Origin: a candidate division WWE3 bacterium
GTDB lineage: Bacteria; Patescibacteriota; WWE3; UBA101185; UBA10185
Assembly: GCA_014729135.1 (NCBI GenBank)
Contig: WJKK01000001.1
Location: 260,588 to 324,587, forward strand
Reading direction: 5' to 3'
Length of the DNA: 64,000 nucleotides
The notes beneath the pieces are model-generated. The model ran no database searches. It was not told the origin of the DNA and saw only the letters and a list, made by a program, of their open reading frames with translations. Positions within the stretch are counted from its first letter, which is position 1. Every line of letters begins with the position of its first letter. Below, piece by piece: positions 1 through 8,217 of this stretch. The translations under genes and the position numbers were made by a program.

Positions 1-222
1 GAAAGTGCTAAATCTTGGCGACAGGGTTTTCAAAAAGATCAGCTTATTAATGGGGAGAAGGAAGCAAATCCTGTGGAAAAACTTCAAAATCAAACAGGTC
101 ATTTTCAAGGCTTAAAAAACAAGACTAACTTGGTCTTTTTAAATATTGGAGGTTTTTTTACTGCTGCTTTCGTAGGGTTTGCTCAAAAAGACGATGAAAA
201 AGATGATAAAATTGCATGGTGA
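1..222 (+). CDS. 3' end of a hypothetical protein (partial, continues upstream of the window); C-terminal hydrophobic segment
   Basis: Open frame from position 1 with no stop until TGA at 220-222; host-like G/T-rich coding strand; no recognisable domain. Confidence 0.3.
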   Translation, partial: ESAKSWRQGFQKDQLINGEKEANPVEKLQNQTGHFQGLKNKTNLVFLNIGGFFTAAFVGFAQKDDEKDDKIAW

Positions 223-608
223 AAAGGTTTTCAAGATATTTACCTGCAACAATTACTGCCCTTTTAATTTTGGTTTTTACGGCAATGCCCGGCCAAGCAG
301 TAACCTCTGTTGGCTTAGGTAAGGAAAGTTATCATATTAACGGGCACTTTATTGCCTACTTGGTCTTATGCTTAACGCTATTTAGAGCTTTTTCTTTTAT
401 TAAAGGAGCAAAGCGTTTATGGCTCTCCTTTTTAGTAAGCGTAATTTACGGTATTCTTATGGAATTTTTGCAAAAACTTGTGCCGGGACGAGCCTTTCAG
501 TATCTGGATATTGGCGTAAATAGTTTAGGAAGTGTTTTGGCACTTTTGCTCTTATGGAAGCAATCGTTTCTTCTACCAAGGCCACTAAGCAACTGGCTAA
601 AAAAATAG
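216..608 (+). CDS. VanZ-like integral membrane protein
   Basis: 130 aa with 3-4 predicted TM segments; the spacing of TM helices with a conserved E-F-x-Q and a terminal D/G is typical of the VanZ family. Confidence 0.4.
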   Translation: MVKRFSRYLPATITALLILVFTAMPGQAVTSVGLGKESYHINGHFIAYLVLCLTLFRAFSFIKGAKRLWLSFLVSVIYGILMEFLQKLVPGRAFQYLDIGVNSLGSVLALLLLWKQSFLLPRPLSNWLKK

Positions 609-1009
609 CCGAAAAGTTAAAGCCGGGAGATGTTTTGGCTTTATATGGGGATTTAGGTTCAGGCAAGACTACCTTTACACGTTTTTTGGTGGAAGCTTTG
701 GGGATTAAGGCACGTGTTCAAAGCCCTACGTTTATTATTGCGCGTGTTTATGAGGATGATAATGGGGCGGGTAAAGAAAATTTTCTTAGGGCTATTACAA
801 AAGTGAATCATCTAGATCTTTATCGTTTGCAGTCAAAGCCGGAAGTTTTGGATCTTGGCCTACTGGAGTACTTTAAGCAGCCCAAATCCATTACATTGAT
901 AGAATGGCCTGAATTAGCTGAGGATCTATTACCGGAAAAAACTATAGAAATTAAGTTCGAAGTTTTAGCGGAAAATGAAAGGAAAGTTAATGTTCAAAAT
1001 TTACATTGA
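554..1009 (+). CDS. tsaE: tRNA threonylcarbamoyladenosine biosynthesis ATPase TsaE (YjeE)
   Basis: P-loop LALYGDLGSGKTTFTRFLVEALG is the canonical TsaE Walker A context; ~150 aa size; adjacent to a TsaB-like ORF. Confidence 0.75.
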   Translation: MEAIVSSTKATKQLAKKIAEKLKPGDVLALYGDLGSGKTTFTRFLVEALGIKARVQSPTFIIARVYEDDNGAGKENFLRAITKVNHLDLYRLQSKPEVLDLGLLEYFKQPKSITLIEWPELAEDLLPEKTIEIKFEVLAENERKVNVQNLH

Positions 1010-1298
1010 TACAACAAGTCGTTATGAAAAATCAGTGATTTTGTTTAAAGATGGGCAGGAGGTTACTCGAGTGGAGGGGGATATAGATATTGTAGCCTCA
1101 ATTTCTCGGGTTTTAGAAGAAAATAAGCTTTCTTTGGAGGATATCTCGGAAATAGAGCCCAATCCGGGTCCCGGATCTTTTACGGGAATCAAAATCGGAA
1201 TAGTTATTGCTAATGTTTTAAATTGGATCTCAGGAAAGAAGGATCTAGAAGAATTGGCAGATCCTTTTTATGGTGGGGAACCTAACATCCAGTTCTAA
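975..1298 (+). CDS. tsaB: TsaB/YeaZ-like protein, short (N-terminal half only)
   Basis: IYIDTTS...GPGSFTGIKIGIVIANVL matches the Kae1/TsaD/TsaB fold N-terminal region; 107 aa is only about half a normal TsaB. Confidence 0.5.
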   Translation: MKGKLMFKIYIDTTSRYEKSVILFKDGQEVTRVEGDIDIVASISRVLEENKLSLEDISEIEPNPGPGSFTGIKIGIVIANVLNWISGKKDLEELADPFYGGEPNIQF

Positions 1299-1320
1299 TC
1301 TTAATATTTATTCGCAAGTT

Positions 1321-1479
1321 TTAATCTTTATGCTCTACTTCCTTTTTGTCGTCTCCACTTTTCTCCTCTTTTTTTGGAAATCCTATTTTAAAGCTTAAGA
1401 AAAATATAATCCCCCAAATAAGAACCAGCGCTATCGTTACCCGTGGTGAAAGTAAAAATTCTATCCACTCTGCATTCAT
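1321..1479 (-). CDS. small hypothetical membrane protein (52 aa)
   Basis: Manual translation gives MNAEWIEFLLSPRVTIALVLIWGIIFFLSFKIGFPKKEEKSGDDKKEVEHKD; ATGA overlap coupling with the upstream small ORF. Confidence 0.25.
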   Translation of the reverse strand: MNAEWIEFLLSPRVTIALVLIWGIIFFLSFKIGFPKKEEKSGDDKKEVEHKD

Positions 1480-1601
1480 TTTTGATTATTCCTCTTTCGG
1501 TTTTTCAATTTGATTTGCATGTATAGGAAGAGTAATCCAAAAGGAATCATCCCTATAAGTAGCAAAACCTGATTTACTTGTATTCTCGTAATTATATCCA
1601 T
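1476..1601 (-). CDS. small hypothetical membrane peptide (41 aa)
   Basis: Manual translation gives MDIITRIQVNQVLLLIGMIPFGLLFLYMQIKLKNRKRNNQK; an SD-like AAGGGGA lies upstream; its stop overlaps the next ORF's start as ATGA. Confidence 0.25.
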   Translation of the reverse strand: MDIITRIQVNQVLLLIGMIPFGLLFLYMQIKLKNRKRNNQK

Positions 1602-1611
1602 ATCCCCTTTT

Positions 1612-1851
1612 TTATAGAGTTTCTCCCATTTTATCAGTTATCCAAGAGAGTCCCAAAAATAATGAGGATAATGTTAAAGAGTTAATAAGCAGAAACATTG
1701 TTTTAATTGCACTTGCCGGATACGTACCGGTAACAAAGCCTGCAATAAACGAGGCAGTGGCTATGTCTCTAAAGAAGTCTGACAAAATGCGGGCAAGTCT
1801 CGGGTTAAATTCCATTACATACATTGTAATATACTTACTAACGTACGTCAA
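1612..1851 (-). CDS. small hypothetical membrane protein (first of three consecutive small ORFs)
   Basis: 79-aa ORF with hydrophobic stretches, in an otherwise ORF-poor 670-nt region. Confidence 0.3.
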   Translation of the reverse strand: MTYVSKYITMYVMEFNPRLARILSDFFRDIATASFIAGFVTGTYPASAIKTMFLLINSLTLSSLFLGLSWITDKMGETL

Positions 1852-1967
1852 TACATTTTTTCCGTTTTTTTACAGATTTCTAGTCCAACTTGCCCAAAAA
1901 ACTGCGAATTTCTCTGAAATCCCCCATAAAACCCAATCAAAAACCCGATATAGTATAATTCCTCCAT

Positions 1968-2939
1968 ATGAAAATCTTAATCACAGGAGCCGCAGGCTTC
2001 ATAGGATCCAACTTTGCCGACTACTTTCTTAAAAATGACTATGAAGTTGTAGCCGTAGACAACTTTAATGACTTTTATAGTCCCAAAATAAAGGAATTTA
2101 ACATTTCCGAATTTAAAGATCACCCGAATTTCAAACTTTACCGAGTTGACATTTCAGATCGAGCCGCTTTGGAACCTGTTTTTTCCGAAAACACTGATAT
2201 AGATGCTGTAGTTCACTTGGCAGCTTGGGCCGGCGTAACTCAATCCGTTGAAAACCCCCATCAATATGTAAAGGACAACGTCTTGGGAACTAACAACTTA
2301 ACCGATTTTTGCATAAAATACGGAATCAACAACTTTATCTTTGCTTCAACTTCTTCTGTCTACGGGGACAACCCAACGCCCTTCACTGAAGACATGAACA
2401 CAAGCTTTCCAAATGCTCCCTATCCGGCAACAAAAAAATCCAGTGAGGTGCTGCTTTATACAATAAATAAAAATCAGGATCTAAATGTGACAATTTTTAG
2501 GTTTTTTAATCCTTTAGGGCCTCGAATGCGTCCGGATCTGGCGTTGCCTAAGCTAGTTAAATCTGTTGAATACGGCAAGGTTTTTGAGTTGTGGCAGGAC
2601 CCAACTTCAAGTGCGCGTGATTACACCTATATTGATGACATGGCACGTGCTGTTGAGGCTGTAATAAAGGAGCCTCAGGATTTTGTAATTATGAACCTTG
2701 GTAACTCCAATCCTATAAGTCTGCAGGATATGATTGAGACGGTGGAGGAAGTTACGGGAAAATCTGTTACAACAACGGAAAATTATTTGCCAGGTCAAAT
2801 GAAGGAAACTTTTGCGGATATTTCTAGGGCACGTGATCTGATTGGTTATGATCCCAAAACGACTTTAAAGGAGATGGTGGAATTTTATTACAATTGGTTT
2901 TTGCAGCAGCCGGAATGGTATAGAAAGGATGATTATTAG
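1968..2939 (+). CDS. NAD-dependent epimerase/dehydratase (UDP-sugar epimerase family)
   Basis: N-terminal Rossmann MKILITGAAGFIGSNFADYFL with GxxGxxG; 323 aa SDR extended family; upstream of a GT2 gene. Confidence 0.8.
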   Translation: MKILITGAAGFIGSNFADYFLKNDYEVVAVDNFNDFYSPKIKEFNISEFKDHPNFKLYRVDISDRAALEPVFSENTDIDAVVHLAAWAGVTQSVENPHQYVKDNVLGTNNLTDFCIKYGINNFIFASTSSVYGDNPTPFTEDMNTSFPNAPYPATKKSSEVLLYTINKNQDLNVTIFRFFNPLGPRMRPDLALPKLVKSVEYGKVFELWQDPTSSARDYTYIDDMARAVEAVIKEPQDFVIMNLGNSNPISLQDMIETVEEVTGKSVTTTENYLPGQMKETFADISRARDLIGYDPKTTLKEMVEFYYNWFLQQPEWYRKDDY

Positions 2940-2942
2940 CCT

Positions 2943-3947
2943 ATGTCTGAAAATGTAGCTAAGCCTAAGCAGGAAAAGTTAGTTTCACTAGTTATTCCTT
3001 GTTATAACGAAGAGAAAAATATAGAGCGTTATGAGGCGGAGCTAATTCCGGTTTTGGAGGATTTGCCTTATGATTACGAGGCTATCTTAGTGGATGACGG
3101 CTCTACAAAGGATGATACTTGGGGCGCTATTAAGCGTTTGTCGGAAAAGTTTGATACGGTGACGGGGTTGAAGCATTCGCGCAATTATGGGATGGGGGCA
3201 GCTTATCAGACGGGTTTTGACCATTCTAAGGGCGATTATGTAGTGGTGTATTCTTCGGATTTGGAGATTCCTCCTGTAGAGATTGCTAGAGTAGTGGCAA
3301 AAATGGACGAAGGTTTTGATCTTGTTAATACGCATCGTGTTGGTCGCTGGAGTGAAGGCGGAGGGCTGGCTTCTGCCATTAGGCGAGTTCCTTCTAAGAT
3401 TGCTAACGGCCTAATTAAAAGGATTTCCGGTGTTGAAATGCATGACACGGGGTCCGGATTGAAAGGCTTTAAGCGCTTTATCATTGAGAATTTGCGTATT
3501 TACGGAGATATGCATCGGTTTTTGCCTGCTTATGCGGGTCTTTACACCAAAAATTTCTGTGAGTTTGAAGTTGAATATCAGGAGCGTACCTATGGCGAGT
3601 CTGCCTATGGCTCTTTAATGCGAACTTTTAGCGTGTTTTTGGATCTTTTTACAATGAAGTTCATGCTTTCCTTTGCTACAAAGCCCTTCACTATGATGCC
3701 GGGGCGCTTGTTTGGCAGTACGGGATTAGTTTCATTTAGTGTTGGTTTTGTTGCTACTTTATATGCTTTGTTTTTGAAGTTTGGTTTAGGCCAGCCTATT
3801 GGTCAGCGTCCTTTGTTTATCGGGGGTCTTTTACTTACTGTTTTTGGAATGCAGTTAATTATGACCGGTCTTTTAGGAGAGCTTATGATGCGTACGTATT
3901 TTGAGAGTAGTCACAAAACCCCCTACATTGTTTCTGAAGAAGCCTAA
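2943..3947 (+). CDS. family 2 glycosyltransferase, polyprenol-phosphate sugar transferase type (GtrB/ArnC-like) with C-terminal TM helices
   Basis: VSLVIPCYNEEKNI ... VDDGSTKDDT are GT2 signatures (DxD context); C-terminal ~100 aa are hydrophobic. Confidence 0.8.
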   Translation: MSENVAKPKQEKLVSLVIPCYNEEKNIERYEAELIPVLEDLPYDYEAILVDDGSTKDDTWGAIKRLSEKFDTVTGLKHSRNYGMGAAYQTGFDHSKGDYVVVYSSDLEIPPVEIARVVAKMDEGFDLVNTHRVGRWSEGGGLASAIRRVPSKIANGLIKRISGVEMHDTGSGLKGFKRFIIENLRIYGDMHRFLPAYAGLYTKNFCEFEVEYQERTYGESAYGSLMRTFSVFLDLFTMKFMLSFATKPFTMMPGRLFGSTGLVSFSVGFVATLYALFLKFGLGQPIGQRPLFIGGLLLTVFGMQLIMTGLLGELMMRTYFESSHKTPYIVSEEA

Positions 3948-4028
3948 GTTTTAGGTAAAGGATATCTCATTATATTTACGAATATTATACTTGTAAGTAT
4001 AATCTTTGAAATTGGAGATTTTTCCGGA

Positions 4029-4334
4029 CTAGCGATTTGGGGATTCTGTTGACTCGGTAGATTCCGTGCTTTCCTCCGCCAGCTCTTTGCGTACCAGTTC
4101 AAAATAAAGCTTTTTCCAGTCGGGCTCGTTTGGATCACGCTCTTCTTCTTTCGGTTCTGCAACATCCTGTGCCGACAAAACCCCTCCGGTGGAGGATGCA
4201 GGAGACTTAAACCCTGCCAACCCTATAGATGTAATTGGAACTGCCAGAATACCTAACAACAGCGCGGTTAATAAAGCATTAACTCCCAATGCATGTAACT
4301 TGTCTAATCCTTTAAATGAAGCTTCTTTAAACAT
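4029..4334 (-). CDS. hypothetical small membrane/secreted protein with C-terminal EST repeats
   Basis: 101 aa with one TM segment and an ESTESTESTES low-complexity tail. Confidence 0.3.
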   Translation of the reverse strand: MFKEASFKGLDKLHALGVNALLTALLLGILAVPITSIGLAGFKSPASSTGGVLSAQDVAEPKEEERDPNEPDWKKLYFELVRKELAEESTESTESTESPNR

Positions 4335-4394
4335 AGCTTAATAAATCTACCAAAACAGAGTCTTAGTGACTTCTAACTCCTTTTTAACCTTAAC

Positions 4395-5126
4395 TTAAAC
4401 ATAATCATCTCCAAATTCTAAAATGAAATCCTCTTGAGCATCCTCATAGTAATCAAAATCGCTACCCTCCAGCTTACTAATGTCAATTTCCTTTTCCACA
4501 TCAACAATAAAAAGGACAGAAGCTATAATTCCCACAGCTAAATTCACGTAAAAAACCCAAGAATAAACCAAACTAAAAATTGCCATAATCCCTGCTACTA
4601 AGAGCAATAAATATAAATAAGAAACCCAAATAGCTCCTTGAGAGTAAATTTCAAAGGAGTTTTGAATAAACGACGACATTTTTAGCGAAAAAACCTTAGC
4701 GGTAAGCTTAGGCGTGATATGCGAATCATGAAGAAACAAAGACTTTACCAACGTAATTCCCAGGCCTAAAACCAAAGCAGCCAACATAGCAATCAAAGAA
4801 TAAGAGTTAATTTTTAAGTAATCCTCCGGTGAGTTAAAAACAAATCCGGAATTTGAAATTGAATAGGGAATTTCTAAGTATTGACTAATTAAAATTACAG
4901 ACACCAACCGCACCGTCAAAAGTAGAATGGCGGGAACTATGGCTTCGTCGATGAGTTTGATTAGTATTTTTGAAAACATGGCAGGTTTGTATTGATAGAA
5001 TAATAGCAGCATGTTTTTGTTTAAGTCAATTTTCACGAAGGTTTTAAAGGCGTTGTTTTGGGTTTTGGTGATCTTAACTCCTTTAATTTTTGTGTCGGAG
5101 ACCAATGAGTTGTTTGAATTTCCCAA
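4395..5126 (-). CDS. hypothetical polytopic membrane protein
   Basis: Multiple TM helices. The true start is probably an internal Met (about 4976 or 5012), which removes the overlap with the next gene. Confidence 0.4.
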   Translation of the reverse strand: MGNSNNSLVSDTKIKGVKITKTQNNAFKTFVKIDLNKNMLLLFYQYKPAMFSKILIKLIDEAIVPAILLLTVRLVSVILISQYLEIPYSISNSGFVFNSPEDYLKINSYSLIAMLAALVLGLGITLVKSLFLHDSHITPKLTAKVFSLKMSSFIQNSFEIYSQGAIWVSYLYLLLLVAGIMAIFSLVYSWVFYVNLAVGIIASVLFIVDVEKEIDISKLEGSDFDYYEDAQEDFILEFGDDYV

Positions 5127-6384
5127 GATGTTTTTTGTTTATGGAGTAGGGTCTACGATTGTTTTTTTGTTTTTGATGGGGGTGGTTTTGGGGTTTTTTG
5201 AGGTGCGAATTCCTCCCTTGCCGGTGCTTTTATTTGTTGGTAGCGTTTTGGTTTCGGCTGTTTTTTCCACACATGTTTATACGTCTTTTTGGGGGTATTT
5301 TTCGCGTTTCAATGGAGGGGCAGTTTCATTGTTGGTTTATTTTGGCCTTTTTGTTGCAGCAACCAGTTTACTTAATCGTCGTGAAATTTTAGGATTTGTT
5401 TTTTACGGGCTGGTGCTAACTTCTGTGCCCATTAGCATTTTGGCTATTTCGCAGTATTTTGGGTGGGGCAACGTTTCTGCCGAGCGCGTTTATTCCACTT
5501 TAGGTCAGGCTAATTGGTTGGCTGCTTATATTTCCTGGGCCGTTTTGCTCTTTGCTCACGTGCTTTTGAAAATGGACTTTAATAAAAAGTTTTTCCTGTG
5601 GTTGTTTCTTTTTGGTTTGTCTTTTATGTGTTTGTGGTTTACGTTTTCTTTATCGGGTCTTTTAAGTTTTGCATTTGGTTTGGTAGCGCTACTTGGGTTA
5701 AATTACAAGGAGTATTTTTTGAAACGTGCTTTTGTTTTGGCCTTTTTAATGCTTTTTGTGGCAGTTTCCTTTCCGGGTTTGTTTTTTCTAAAGTTTCACG
5801 ACGGTCTGCAGGATGTTTTTAACTTGCTTTCCGGATTGTCTGCTTTAACTCCAGTTTTTGCCCAGGATGTTGCCCATAAGGTTTCAGATCCGGGGTTTAT
5901 TCGTTTTGGCTTGTGGAAGGGAACTTTGGATATGATTTTTTCTTCCTGGCGTAATTTTTTATTGGGAACCGGTCCGGAAACTTTTCCCTATCAATTTCCT
6001 TTTTTTCGACCAAATAATTTAAATTTTTCTTCGGAGTGGGATTACATTTTAAATAAACCGCATAACTTTTTTCTGGAGATTTGGGCAGAAACGGGGGTTT
6101 TTAGTCTGCTTTTTTACGCTTGGCTTAATATGAAAGCTATTTTAAAAAAGCATGCTTGGGTTACTCCTTTAATAATTTCGTTTTTGGTTTCCAACTTTTT
6201 TGGATGGCCTACAGTTACAACCTCTCTTTATTTTTGGTTGATGTTGGCTGCGCTTTTTACAGAGGATTCGGCAAGGTCTTTAAAGGATTCTTTTTTTCGA
6301 GATCCTCCTTTGAAGTTGTTGGCAAAGTTTAGAAAACAGCCGGAGCTGCTAAGTCGGGTTTCAAAAAAAATCTTAAATGTCTAA
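5011..6384 (+). CDS. O-antigen ligase/polymerase-like polytopic membrane protein
   Basis: 457 aa with >10 TM segments and a large loop; Wzy_C-like architecture; glycan-gene neighbourhood. Confidence 0.5.
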   Translation: MFLFKSIFTKVLKALFWVLVILTPLIFVSETNELFEFPKMFFVYGVGSTIVFLFLMGVVLGFFEVRIPPLPVLLFVGSVLVSAVFSTHVYTSFWGYFSRFNGGAVSLLVYFGLFVAATSLLNRREILGFVFYGLVLTSVPISILAISQYFGWGNVSAERVYSTLGQANWLAAYISWAVLLFAHVLLKMDFNKKFFLWLFLFGLSFMCLWFTFSLSGLLSFAFGLVALLGLNYKEYFLKRAFVLAFLMLFVAVSFPGLFFLKFHDGLQDVFNLLSGLSALTPVFAQDVAHKVSDPGFIRFGLWKGTLDMIFSSWRNFLLGTGPETFPYQFPFFRPNNLNFSSEWDYILNKPHNFFLEIWAETGVFSLLFYAWLNMKAILKKHAWVTPLIISFLVSNFFGWPTVTTSLYFWLMLAALFTEDSARSLKDSFFRDPPLKLLAKFRKQPELLSRVSKKILNV

Positions 6385-6994
6385 ATCTATAAGTTTTAAA
6401 AAAGTTCCGTTAATAGTTCGTTTGACTTTGATAGCAGGTTTGATGGGGTCTTACGGAGCTTTTATTTCAATTATTTCAGATTTTTACAGGGCGGATTTAA
6501 AAGCGGTGTCTTCCAAAGATGCTCTCCTCCGGGAGGATTTTGATGCGGCTTTGAAACTAGCAAAGGAGGCTGTAGAACTAAATCCGGAAGAACCTTATTA
6601 CTACAGAATGCGCGCTAAGGCTTATTTGGCAAAGGCAGCTGCAACTGAAACTTACGAGTTTAAAAAAGAGGCGCTGGCTGATTTGATGCGTTCTCGTGAG
6701 TTGAATCCTTTGAATTTGGCTACGCTTAGAAATAATATTCCGCTTTATTATTATCTGGCGCTGACTGATTTTTCGCAGCCGTCTAAGCAGGCGGATTTGG
6801 ATAGTGCTTATTTGTCTTTTGCAGAGGCTTATTTTCAGGATTTAAAGGAGATCTACCCTAATGATGCAGGGCTTTTGGTTTCTTTGGCGCATTATGAGAA
6901 GCGTTTAGACCTTTTAGGGGAGTCTAAATCAACGTTGGAGATGATTAAGCAGCTTCGCCCAGCTCTTTTAGACTGGCATCCCCTGTTGCAGTAG
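6377..6994 (+). CDS. membrane-anchored TPR-repeat protein
   Basis: N-terminal TM then TPR-like helical repeats (YYYRMRAKAYLAKAAATE ...). Confidence 0.45.
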   Translation: MSKSISFKKVPLIVRLTLIAGLMGSYGAFISIISDFYRADLKAVSSKDALLREDFDAALKLAKEAVELNPEEPYYYRMRAKAYLAKAAATETYEFKKEALADLMRSRELNPLNLATLRNNIPLYYYLALTDFSQPSKQADLDSAYLSFAEAYFQDLKEIYPNDAGLLVSLAHYEKRLDLLGESKSTLEMIKQLRPALLDWHPLLQ

Positions 6995-7000
6995 TCTTAG

Positions 7001-8200
7001 TTACTCAATCTCAACATAGGTGGCTGAAACCCATCCCGCTTCGTCAGCAGTCACTTGCAACTTAACCCAAGTCCCCTGCACCTCCAAAACTGGAAACGAC
7101 TCCCCCACATTCACCTTAGTCAACTCCGCTGCTCCCAGACTAGGCTCCGTACGCACACGCAACCATCCCAAACCGGTGGGCAAAATCTTACCCATCTGAC
7201 GAGCCTCAAAAAGCTCCAAATAAGTCTCCTTTGCCGGCTCCGTTAAGCCCGCTCCCAAAGTACCAACACCCAAATAACCTCCTACATCTGCCTCCTGCAA
7301 AGCCTCAAAACCCTCCTGTGTAGAAACCAAATTCCCCAGATTGTCATAAACATTACCTGCGCTATCAAGGAAAAAGTCAAAACCGCCTGCACTTTCTAAC
7401 TCAGCCGCATTACCCACATCCGAAAAACCACGCGTATCTGCCCAATAAACAACCGCCTTAGCCCTATCAGGAGAAGTTCCAAAAGACTCATTGCTAATTG
7501 TCAAATCATACAAATTTTCCGAACCCTCAAACTTCTGAATAGTTTTTGGCATTGGGATAGGGAAAAGCTTAGCCGACACCATCAACTTATAACCATCCTT
7601 AACCTGAATTGGAGCACTTTGACCTTCATAGCCTTCCATACGAACATCCAAAGTATAACTACCCTCAGTAACCTTATCTAAAGTCAAAGGAGTTTCTCCC
7701 ATTTCGGTCCCGTCCAAATAAACGGTAGCTCCCGAAGGCTGCGAAATCACCGTCAAAGTAGTAGCATCCTTTTCCATTACAAAGTTCATTCCCGAAGCAA
7801 AAACAGCCGAAACCCCTGTATCCCGCTGCAAAGCTGTCTCAACTTCCGGGTTAAAATCAAGCCTGTCTATAAATTCCGCCTCAGCACCCACAAGCTTAAT
7901 TTCATGCGTTCCCGGCTCCACCGAAAACTTCTCCAAAGGCGACTCTCCCACTTTTTCACCATCAACATAAACTTCCGCAGTATCATACTGAGTTTGCACC
8001 GTTAAAGCCGACTTCTGCTTCAATCCCGGAACCTGCTGCATTCCTATAGTAACTCCATACGCAATACCTCCCAACACCGCAAAAAGCACCAGATAAGTCA
8101 AAAGAGGCTTAATTTTAGAAAAAAAGGATTGGTTTTGATTTGCAATGGTATATGCCATATGTACCTTAACGTTATCATGGTCTTTAGCAAAATACAACAC
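7001..8200 (-). CDS. PEGA-domain and SH3b-domain membrane-anchored protein
   Basis: Two PEGA-like repeats (AEVYVDGEKVGESPLE ...; ATVYLDGTEMGETPLTLD) and a C-terminal SH3b-like segment (GWLRVRTEPS...). Confidence 0.6.
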   Translation of the reverse strand: MLYFAKDHDNVKVHMAYTIANQNQSFFSKIKPLLTYLVLFAVLGGIAYGVTIGMQQVPGLKQKSALTVQTQYDTAEVYVDGEKVGESPLEKFSVEPGTHEIKLVGAEAEFIDRLDFNPEVETALQRDTGVSAVFASGMNFVMEKDATTLTVISQPSGATVYLDGTEMGETPLTLDKVTEGSYTLDVRMEGYEGQSAPIQVKDGYKLMVSAKLFPIPMPKTIQKFEGSENLYDLTISNESFGTSPDRAKAVVYWADTRGFSDVGNAAELESAGGFDFFLDSAGNVYDNLGNLVSTQEGFEALQEADVGGYLGVGTLGAGLTEPAKETYLELFEARQMGKILPTGLGWLRVRTEPSLGAAELTKVNVGESFPVLEVQGTWVKLQVTADEAGWVSATYVEIE

Positions 8201-8217
8201 TCGACAAAGAGGTTTAT

